DNA of 64,000 nucleotides from Saprolegnia diclina VS20 (Eukaryota): NCBI RefSeq assembly GCF_000281045.1, contig NW_008246071.1, positions 128,350 to 192,349 of the forward strand, read 5' to 3'. Shown piece by piece: positions 55,741 to 64,000 of this stretch (position 1 is its first letter; each line of letters starts with the position of its first letter). The notes under the pieces were generated by a model. It saw only the letters and a program-made list of their open reading frames with translations, ran no database searches and was not told where the DNA came from. The position numbers and the translations under genes were made by a program.

Positions 55741-58042
55741 TTAAAACTTGGCGCCCGGCGTGTACGTGACGTGATGCGGCATCGTCACCCGCACAAAGTC
55801 TTTTTGGTTCATCGCCTTTTTGCCGCGCGAAATGTGCGCCATCGTCGTCGACGCGACGCCGTCCAAGTCCTCGTACGGGTTCTTATCGCGCGCCTTGCGT
55901 CCCTTCTTGCCGTGCTTCTTGAGCCTACACATACATCGATGCTTACTTCTGCGAAGAAGACGCCCATCTCAGTACCGCTTGGAGGCCGCCGTCTTGTTCT
56001 CAATGCCGACAGGGTCAAAGCCCGGCGCCTTGGTCGCGTCGTCGCCTTCCTCGTCCGAGAGCGGCTCGAGGAGCGCGACAGTGTCCTCGGACGCCGCAAA
56101 CTTCTTGGCCAGCTCCATCACATCGAACGCCGGCTCGCGCGGCGACGTGCCAGGCGGTGGGTGGCAGTAGAGGAGCCGACCGATGACGTAATCGCGCAAG
56201 AGCACACGAGCGGCGCGGGACTGATCCGGACCGCCTTTGCCCGCGGTCGCAAAGCCACGGGCGCGCGCGTAGACATCGAGGAGCGTGTACACATCGACGG
56301 GATCCAAGTACTTGCCCGAGTTGGGGAACGGGATCTTGATACCATAGGTCGACTCGAAGACGAGGCGGGGAATGCGGCGCGCCACGAGCTCGCACGGGGC
56401 TATACCACAATCAGAACCGACTCCAAGTGCGATAAGATCACATACGAACGTGGTCGCGGAGCTGCGAGATGGGGAGGACGCCGCAGCAAAGCATTTCGGC
56501 CTTCGAGTTGACAAACGACGGGAAGACGAGACCCGGGCAATCGCAGAGCATGATCTTGTCCGAGAGGATCATCGTCTAGAAAGTTAAGGATTGAGCGTCG
56601 AGAGGAGGTATGGAGGACGAAGAACCTGAAAGTGCTTGGTCTTGCCGGGCGTCGCGCCAACGGCGACACGCTGCGTGTGGTGCGAGTAGTTGGACGCACC
56701 GAGGAGCGCGTTGATGGCCGAACTCTTGCCGACGTTGGGGAAGCCCACCATACCAAACTTGACGAGGCCCTTGTCGTCCGCACGGAGACCCACGCGCTGG
56801 ACGACCTTGTCGGCGCGACCCGAGAGATACTCGAGGAGCTCTTCGCGGGTCAAGACGACACAGTCTTCGCGCTCGACAGGCGCAGTCTGCTTGGGCGCCT
56901 CGACCACAACCGGCGCCGGCTTCGTCTCTTCTTCGTCTTCGTCCTCATCGTCGCTGTCGTCGTCGTCTTCGAAGTCGCCTTCGTCGTCCGAGAGCGAAAA
57001 GTCCTTGCTGGCCTTGTACTCGGCGTCGAGCTTCTCCTGCGCTTCCTTGGCCGAGAAGAAGACAAAGTCAATCGCGTTGGCCTTGAAATAATCGGCCCAA
57101 ATGACACTACGCAGGTTCACTATGAGTGCTTTTGCAAGAGACAGAAGGCGACGTACCGCTGTTCCGGTGTGAGGTAGTCGGACTTGTTGATGATGAGCAT
57201 GCAGTCCTTGGCGCTGTCGACTTCGTTGACGTAGCGCTCGAGGTCGACCGAGCTAAAAGAAGTCATCTTGAGTTGTCGCCCGACAAAAAAGTGCTGACGT
57301 ACCGGTAGAAGAGCGGGTTGCGCGCATCGACGATCTGGACGACAATGTCACTGCGCTCAATGACGCGCCAGAGCTGGCGCCACACTTCGAGGTTCTTCTC
57401 GAACGGCGTCACGTCACGCTCCTCGGAGGCCGCCTCGAGCCTACAAACACGCTATGTCAGGATGCGACAGCGCCACTAATTAAGTACATGGCAATGTCGC
57501 GACGCCAGTTCAAGAACGACTCGCGCTCGCGCATGTTGAGCTCCGCGGCCGTCGTCTTCGCGTCCCAGCTCGGGCGGCGCGGGATCTTCATCTCGGAAAA
57601 GTCCATCTCGGGCACCTTGTCCAAGTCCCTAATACAATATGCGTGAGTCGCTGCGAGCGACGACTGCAGACGCGTACACTTTGGCAAAAGTCGCAAGACC
57701 GTTGGCTTCGAGGACCATGACGCGCTCCTTCTCGGCGACGAACTCGCGGTTGGCCATCGTGGCGTTGGCCAAGAAATCGTCCTACGCAGCGTGAGCGGAT
57801 CGTGCCATGCAGCAGCCACGCACGTACCAGCGACGAGCCTTCGAGGTACGACGCGAGAGCCACCGTCGAGTCCCCGCCGTCCGTGGCAGACACGTGCTTG
57901 CCGGCGCTACAGGAGATGGATGAGATGCATGCGTAGAGAGCAAGCAGATTGTCTACCTCGACTGGAGCTCTTTGGCCTTCTTGACGTTCGTCTTCATGAG
58001 CGCCTTGCCCAAACTTGTCCCGGCCTTCTTGCTGCGACCCAT
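55741..58042 (-). CDS. LSG1: Large subunit GTPase 1 (60S export factor), many exons
   Basis: MGRSKKAGTSLGKALMK, IPRRPSW, VTPFEKNLEVWRQLWRVIERSD, VDARNPL, INKSD, GFPNVGKSS, TPGKTKHFQ, LCDCPGLVFP and PDQSRAARVLLRDYV. Confidence 0.95.
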
Positions 58043-58100
58043 GGTGTAGCTCGAATTAGATTGCTTTCTGCTTGAACTGCTTCCGCGACCAATGCCATGA

Positions 58101-58122
58101 ATTCCGGATAACGTTCCGGATA
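58101..58122. promoter_or_regulatory. Tandem TTCCGGATA motifs upstream of LSG1
   Basis: aTTCCGGATAacgTTCCGGATA, ~60-80 bp upstream of the ATG. Confidence 0.5.
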
Positions 58123-58508
58123 TTGTGTGTCAAAATGGCCGTCTTGGGCAAGAGTGTTGGTGCTGCAAGCGCAACGAACGTTCCATTGCTTAACGCGCGA
58201 CGAGGGGAACCGGTTGATGCGCGACGGCTCGAATACATTAGCAGGACCTTCAAGACACACTCGTCAATGGCTCGCAGAATGGGCGATTTGGCTTGGGCCC
58301 TAGGTGCACAAATACACTGCTCAGTGTGGCATGAAACTCAGATCTTACCATCTCAAGCGTTGAATTGCTCGAGCACTTGGTTGAAACGACACATTCCTCC
58401 AACACTGCACAGCTCGAAGCCCAAGCGACAACGTCTCATCTTTATGTTTGTTTGCATATATCTGTAAACGGAATCGAATGTAGTTTCATGTGCAGGCGAA
58501 GGCTATTG

Positions 58509-59228
58509 CTACTCGGCCACCTCTTGGAGAAGGGCGAGAACATCCTGGCGAACGGCCTCGGCGCAGTCGATCTGAGGGTAGTGCTTGGCGTTCTTGTACA
58601 TTGAGATGCGCTTCCACGAGCTCTGGACCGTGTCGTAAATGAACTGGGCTTCGGCGGCCGGCGATGCAAAGTCGGGGTCCAAAGATCCCATGCCGATCAC
58701 GAGCGGGAGATTGAAGCTGGACATGGCGTTGCCAGCGTTGGCCTTGGACGCTTGAATAAGCTTCACGAGCGCATTGAGACGACCCGGCTGGTTCAAATTG
58801 GCTCCCAAAAAGGCCTTGTAGTCGTCAAAGTCGGCTGGAGGTGTCTGAAAGAGGCTCTTCCAGTAGGTCGTCCACATGCTTGCGCCGTACAGTCGAGGAA
58901 ACATGGCCGGCGCAATCATCTTGAACAGCTTCGGGCCGCACCCTGGCGGGTCCCGCGCGAATGGTCCCAAAATGACGACACCTGCGAGCTTGCTTGCCAC
59001 GGGGGACGAGGCCAAGAGCATCGTGCACGCTGCCGTAAAGCTGTTGGCGACGACGACGACTTTGGTTTCGGGAAGGCGCCGGAGAAAAGCAACCATGTCG
59101 GCCGTCACGTCTTCGACCGTGTAGGACGCAAAGTTGGCCGACGAGTCGCCGGACCCGCGCAAATCGATCGTGTAGACCGTGTAGCCGTCGGCCACGAGCA
59201 GCGGGGCGACGACGCGGTAGCTGTGACG
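58509..59228 (-). CDS. Alpha/beta hydrolase; the 5' end is lost in the assembly gap
   Basis: GYTVYTIDLRGSGDS, nucleophile elbow VANSF, VILGPFARDP, acid MGSLDPDF and His AKHYPQ. Confidence 0.85.
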   Translation of the reverse strand, partial: RHSYRVVAPLLVADGYTVYTIDLRGSGDSSANFASYTVEDVTADMVAFLRRLPETKVVVVANSFTAACTMLLASSPVASKLAGVVILGPFARDPPGCGPKLFKMIAPAMFPRLYGASMWTTYWKSLFQTPPADFDDYKAFLGANLNQPGRLNALVKLIQASKANAGNAMSSFNLPLVIGMGSLDPDFASPAAEAQFIYDTVQSSWKRISMYKNAKHYPQIDCAEAVRQDVLALLQEVAE

Positions 59229-59913
59229 NNNNNNNNNNNNNNNNNNNNNNNNNNNNNNNNNNNNNNNNNNNNNNNNNNNNNNNNNNNNNNNNNNNNNNNN
59301 NNNNNNNNNNNNNNNNNNNNNNNNNNNNNNNNNNNNNNNNNNNNNNNNNNNNNNNNNNNNNNNNNNNNNNNNNNNNNNNNNNNNNNNNNNNNNNNNNNNN
59401 NNNNNNNNNNNNNNNNNNNNNNNNNNNNNNNNNNNNNNNNNNNNNNNNNNNNNNNNNNNNNNNNNNNNNNNNNNNNNNNNNNNNNNNNNNNNNNNNNNNN
59501 NNNNNNNNNNNNNNNNNNNNNNNNNNNNNNNNNNNNNNNNNNNNNNNNNNNNNNNNNNNNNNNNNNNNNNNNNNNNNNNNNNNNNNNNNNNNNNNNNNNN
59601 NNNNNNNNNNNNNNNNNNNNNNNNNNNNNNNNNNNNNNNNNNNNNNNNNNNNNNNNNNNNNNNNNNNNNNNNNNNNNNNNNNNNNNNNNNNNNNNNNNNN
59701 NNNNNNNNNNNNNNNNNNNNNNNNNNNNNNNNNNNNNNNNNNNNNNNNNNNNNNNNNNNNNNNNNNNNNNNNNNNNNNNNNNNNNNNNNNNNNNNNNNNN
59801 NNNNNNNNNNNNNNNNNNNNNNNNNNNNNNNNNNNNNNNNNNNNNNNNNNNNNNNNNNNNNNNNNNNNNNNNNNNNNNNNNNNNNNNNNNNNNNNNNNNN
59901 NNNNNNNNNNNNN
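59229..59913. other. Assembly gap (N run)
   Basis: Run of n characters. Confidence 1.
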
Positions 59914-59928
59914 AAGCAGCTCTGCAAG

Positions 59929-60813
59929 TTAATAGTCATCATCGTCGTCGTCGTGCAATTCACTCCGCATGACGAGCGTATACGTCGGGTCGCGCACGAG
60001 GTCGTACCCTTGTGGCATGGCTTCTTCCATCATGATGCGCTTTGCCGTCTTGGGCTTCTCCTCGAGGATGCGCAGCTTCTCGAAAAAGTAGTACGCGGCC
60101 TTGTACACGATGCTGCCACTGCCCTGGCGCGGTCCACGCATCGCGAGGAATTTGCGGATCGAGCCGACCGAGAACTTGAAGTGCACGGCCATCGCGCTCT
60201 GAGTGCACTCCTTTGCCTCGAAGAAGCGCCGCATGTGGTCACGGACTTCGTCGCAGTCGTCAAAGACCATGAGCTCTTCCGGCAACTCGACCGCTTCGAT
60301 CTCGTTGAGGCGGTCCGAGCTCTTGTGCACCTTGGGCGCCGCGTCCTTCTTCGGGTCCTTCTTGGCTTTCTTCTTCTTTGGCGCGAGCGGCTCGTCGTCC
60401 TCGGCCTCGGCGGCCTTCTTGGCCAAGCGGGCTCTGCGCTGCGCTGCTGTCGACTCGGACGCCATCGCGCGGAGCTCGCGCATCTCCGCATCCACCTTGT
60501 CGGCCTGATAGAAGTAGTGCAAGCCACCGGCGTACGTCGGGTTGTCGGCGCCATCCGTCGGTTCAGTGAGCGCCATGAAGTCGTCGTACGCGCGGCGGGT
60601 CGTACCCATGCGCGTGATGAGGTTGGCCTCGGACAAAATCCGCCGGGCGAGCAAGATGCGAATTTTGGAGCGAATGACGTGGCACGACCACTTGGCTCGG
60701 AGTATGGCCTTGTACTCTTCGTCGTTCGGGTCATCTCGCTTGCCGCGCAGGTACTCGAGCGTTGGGCGCTCGCGCGGAGCCGGCTCCATCGTTGTCGGCG
60801 TCTCGCTCGCCAT
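59929..60813 (-). CDS. Uncharacterised protein with two copies of a ~65-aa helical (HTH-like, possibly DUF7726-type) domain, paralog 1
   Basis: WSCHVIRSKI...GADNPTYAGGLHYF and DDCDEVRDHM...QGSGSIVYKAAYYFFEKLR, joined by a Lys-rich NLS-like linker. Confidence 0.75.
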   Translation of the reverse strand: MASETPTTMEPAPRERPTLEYLRGKRDDPNDEEYKAILRAKWSCHVIRSKIRILLARRILSEANLITRMGTTRRAYDDFMALTEPTDGADNPTYAGGLHYFYQADKVDAEMRELRAMASESTAAQRRARLAKKAAEAEDDEPLAPKKKKAKKDPKKDAAPKVHKSSDRLNEIEAVELPEELMVFDDCDEVRDHMRRFFEAKECTQSAMAVHFKFSVGSIRKFLAMRGPRQGSGSIVYKAAYYFFEKLRILEEKPKTAKRIMMEEAMPQGYDLVRDPTYTLVMRSELHDDDDDDY

Positions 60814-61175
60814 GGCGATTGCAAATCGTTCGGTTGCTCAGCCGGTTAACAAACAGATGCGATTGGTTGGGCTTAGCGCTGTTTTGAGCTCGGGAAAGTG
60901 CGTGCTGCCTGTGATTGGCCATTAATGGGAATTGTGCCTGTGATTGGCTAAAAATACACCTGCACATACGATGGCGATCGTATTCTCCGGCAATGTGGAA
61001 ACCATGGCCATCATACGCCAGTAGCACACGAGCACACGTAGCGAAGCAATGTTTCGGTGTATATGAACGTGTTTAGCGTTATTCTCGTTACAAAGACTTG
61101 GCATACTAGAGTATGTCGGTATGTGGGAATTTGGTTTGGTTCATACACGCCATGCAAGATGTTAATTGAATCGAG

Positions 61176-61817
61176 TTACGGACAATAGACCCAGCCGTAC
61201 TTGCTATCGCGCTCGAGCGAATATCCTTGGGGCATCGTCTTCTCAATCTTCAGTCGCTTGTTCGACTTGGGCTTGTTCTCGAGGAGGCGCAGCTTCTCAA
61301 AGAAGAAATACGCGGCCTTGTACACGATGCTGCCGCTGCCTTCGCGCTTTCCGCGCATCGCCAAGTACTTGCGCAACGAGGCGACCGAGAAGTTCAAATG
61401 CGCTGCGAGTGCCACTTGCGTGCACTCCTTGGCGATGATAAACTGCTGCAAGTAGTCGCGCACCACATCGCAGTCGTCGTAGACGCCAAGGTTCTCCGGC
61501 AGCTCGACAGCTTCGATCTGGGCAAGACGGTCCGCGCCCGTGAGCTTGGTCGTTTTGGCCTTTTTCGAAGCGACCAGCGGTGCCTCGTCTTCACTGTCGT
61601 CGCCCGTCGCCTTCTTGCGCTTGGGTGCGGCCTTCTTGGCCGCCTTCTCAGCTTCTTTGGCCTTCTTCTCCTTCTTCTCGCGTTGGTAAAAGAAGTGCAG
61701 CGAGCCAGAGTACGTCGAGTTGTCGCACCCGCCGTAAGGGCCCTTGAGCTTCATGTAGCGCTGGTACGAGTTGCTGTTGGCGCCGATTTGCTTGAGGAAC
61801 GCGGCCTGCGTCATGAC
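61176..61817 (-). CDS. Double-domain paralog 2; the 5' end is lost in the gap
   Basis: MTQAAFLKQIGANSNSYQRYMKLKGPYGGCDNSTY and DDCDVVRD...EGSGSIVYKAAYFFFEKLR. Confidence 0.75.
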   Translation of the reverse strand, partial: VMTQAAFLKQIGANSNSYQRYMKLKGPYGGCDNSTYSGSLHFFYQREKKEKKAKEAEKAAKKAAPKRKKATGDDSEDEAPLVASKKAKTTKLTGADRLAQIEAVELPENLGVYDDCDVVRDYLQQFIIAKECTQVALAAHLNFSVASLRKYLAMRGKREGSGSIVYKAAYFFFEKLRLLENKPKSNKRLKIEKTMPQGYSLERDSKYGWVYCP

Positions 61818-62191
61818 NNNNNNNNNNNNNNNNNNNNNNNNNNNNNNNNNNNNNNNNNNNNNNNNNNNNNNNNNNNNNNNNNNNNNNNNNNNNNNNNNNN
61901 NNNNNNNNNNNNNNNNNNNNNNNNNNNNNNNNNNNNNNNNNNNNNNNNNNNNNNNNNNNNNNNNNNNNNNNNNNNNNNNNNNNNNNNNNNNNNNNNNNNN
62001 NNNNNNNNNNNNNNNNNNNNNNNNNNNNNNNNNNNNNNNNNNNNNNNNNNNNNNNNNNNNNNNNNNNNNNNNNNNNNNNNNNNNNNNNNNNNNNNNNNNN
62101 NNNNNNNNNNNNNNNNNNNNNNNNNNNNNNNNNNNNNNNNNNNNNNNNNNNNNNNNNNNNNNNNNNNNNNNNNNNNNNNNNNNNNNNNNNN
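61818..62191. other. Assembly gap (N run)
   Basis: Run of n characters. Confidence 1.
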
Positions 62192-62420
62192 NGCATGATG
62201 AACCTAGCATGGCAGCTACCATGGTCGTCCTTGCCTCGTCCTATGTTTTATGAACCGCAGCAAAACGAATACATGGCTTCTTGGCGTATCTGCATGTTTG
62301 CGGCCGAAGCAAGAAGAAAGCGATGTAGCTATCAAAGCGACCAAGTTTATACGTGTTTGTACCAGTTGTTATAAGCAGTCGTCGACTTACTGAGCTGCTA
62401 GTCGTCGACTCGTACGGACG

Positions 62421-63245
62421 CTAGTAGGGCAGCACGGGCACTTCCTCACCAGGAAGCAAGATGTAGTGCGTCGGGTCCTTCCGCAAGGGGTAACCCTCGG
62501 GGAGCGTTTTCTCGATCTTGAGTCGCTTGGCCGACTTGGGCACGCCATCAAGGAGTCGCCGCTTCTCAAAGAACCGGTACGCGGCGCCATACACAGCACT
62601 GCCGCTGCCCTCGCGCCGTCCTTTCTTCATGAGGAAGTTGCGCAGCGGCGTGATCGAAAAGCCCAAGTGCTTGGCGAAGTTCACTTGGCTGGCCTCCTTT
62701 GCGAGGAAGAACTGCTGCAAGTGGTCTCGCACAACGTCGCAGTCGTCGTACACGGGCGCGTCATCGTCGAGCTCGACCGCGTCAATTTCCGCCAGTCGAT
62801 TCGAACCCTTCTTGGCACGGGGCGCTACGTCGGCCGTTGTATCCGCCTTGCGCTTGGCGCCAGCCTTCTTGGCCGCGGCCTTGGCGTCGGCCTTGGCCTT
62901 CTTGTCCTTCTTTGCGAGGTCGTCAAAGAACGGGAGCGAATTCCAGTACGTCTGGTTGCCGCTGCCGCCGCTGACGCCCGTCTGCTTCATGAAGCGCTGG
63001 TACGAGTTGGCGTTGGATCGAATTTCCTTGAGGAACGCGGTCTGCGTCAAAACCTTGGTCGCGAGGAACTGTTGGATCTTGAGCCGAATCGCATTGCACG
63101 ACCAGCGCCGCGCCAACCGGTTCACGTACTCGTCCTCGTCTTCGCCTTCGCTCTCGTCGTTCGGCGTCGCAGCCGCTGCCATGAACGAGCGGCCCGCGCT
63201 GGCGGCCAGTGGTGCTGCTGTCGTCGACGAGGTCATGCCAGTCAT
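62421..63245 (-). CDS. Double-domain paralog 3; start uncertain
   Basis: WSCNAIRLKIQQFL...NSYQRFMKQTG.SGGSGNQTY and DDCDVVRDHL...EGSGSAVYGAAYRFFEKRR. Confidence 0.75.
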   Translation of the reverse strand: MTGMTSSTTAAPLAASAGRSFMAAAATPNDESEGEDEDEYVNRLARRWSCNAIRLKIQQFLATKVLTQTAFLKEIRSNANSYQRFMKQTGVSGGSGNQTYWNSLPFFDDLAKKDKKAKADAKAAAKKAGAKRKADTTADVAPRAKKGSNRLAEIDAVELDDDAPVYDDCDVVRDHLQQFFLAKEASQVNFAKHLGFSITPLRNFLMKKGRREGSGSAVYGAAYRFFEKRRLLDGVPKSAKRLKIEKTLPEGYPLRKDPTHYILLPGEEVPVLPY

Positions 63246-63641
63246 TGGTATGGTATGGTCCAGAGTGGCATCCGGTGTGGCATCCGATTGGCCAAAAGTG
63301 TACGAAAACACGCATGCGATTGGTCCATTTTGGCCGGACGAGGTCATTCTTGAAGACGACCATCATGGCGACAAGGACCATCAAAGTCCTTGTCACCATC
63401 AACTGCTTTCGGGTTGCTGCGCGAGTAAGGGCTAGAGTTCACCATCACGCTATCTTCATTAGCAAGCGGCTTGCACTGCTGACCAATAAGACAAAGGTGT
63501 TGGGCTTGTCAATATTGCTTTCATCTTGGCTTGAAATAACGCGCGAACCATCTTAGCCATCGGCCGGCATGTGTAGTACGAAGATATAGAGTCTATATTG
63601 GTTGATATACTTTAGAGCACCATGAATGGCTACGCACGTCC

Positions 63642-64000
63642 TTACCACGTCGTTAGCGACAACGGCTCGAACGCAGACGCGTCGCCGTCGAGGCCGTCGA
63701 GGGGCGGTGTCACCGGCATCAATGCGTCGCGCTGGTCGTCCTCCTTAGACTCCTTTGGCGCTTGGTCTTGCTGCTGCTTGGGCGTTTGGTTTGGGTTCCA
63801 AGAGTGCTCGCACGTGCAGTTGCCGCGGCCGCAACGGCGGCACCAGCTGCTCGACACGACGACAGGGCGAGGCGAATTCGCGGGCGTGCCTTCGTCCAGG
63901 GGCGGCATGTAGCCCGGATGCACAAGCGCTCGCGGCTGGATCGAGAGACTCGGCTTGTTGGGCGACGGCGCGGCCATCGACGGCAGCTGCGAGTTCACCG
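63642..64000 (-). CDS. 3' end of a hypothetical protein running out of the window
   Basis: Open frame to the window edge, Pro/Ser-rich with a CRRCGRGNCTCEH cluster. Confidence 0.4.
   Translation of the reverse strand, partial: VNSQLPSMAAPSPNKPSLSIQPRALVHPGYMPPLDEGTPANSPRPVVVSSSWCRRCGRGNCTCEHSWNPNQTPKQQQDQAPKESKEDDQRDALMPVTPPLDGLDGDASAFEPLSLTTW

Noticed and set aside
58509..59972. Long ORFs spanning the N runs (also 61176-62253)
   Set aside because: Artefacts of translating through assembly gaps. The start codons beyond the gaps are not supported.
1..64000. tRNA, rRNA or other structured RNA genes; prokaryotic operon or defence-island interpretation
   Set aside because: No cloverleaf or rRNA-like segments were recognised by eye (tRNAscan/Infernal not run). 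Spliceosomal introns and eukaryote-specific genes exclude a prokaryotic origin for the window.

Overview
Gene-dense eukaryotic DNA with high GC3, many 40-55 nt GT-AG introns and flagellar genes (CFAP91, IQCH). It most resembles a Saprolegniales oomycete (Saprolegnia-like; inference). About 36 coding loci are present. Housekeeping genes: PPOX, RWDD1, CAND1, GMP synthase, DNLZ, mitochondrial S9, eIF3c, ribophorin I, PDK1 and LSG1. Accessory loci: two tandem two-pore channels, a frameshifted papain-type protease, a membrane-anchored expansin-like protein, a NACHT NTPase, a GT60 GlcNAc-transferase, a degenerate Tc1/IS630-type transposon, a dispersed near-identical gene duplicate and three tandem double-domain HTH-like paralogs. 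There are two assembly gaps. The most notable observations are: (1) an intronless orphan ORF with a diphtheria-toxin/ExoA-type ADP-ribosyltransferase signature (DW-x3-Y-x10-Y...E), head-to-head with an ankyrin gene; (2) a TruB that looks cyanobacterial over its whole length; (3) a recurrent, often palindromic (A/T)TCCGGAT(A) element in many promoters; (4) TPCs combining animal-type filters with plant-type EF hands; (5) a TFIIB-like protein whose second cyclin repeat is replaced by zinc fingers. All family calls come from motifs recognised by eye, and exon boundaries are manual; no searches were run.
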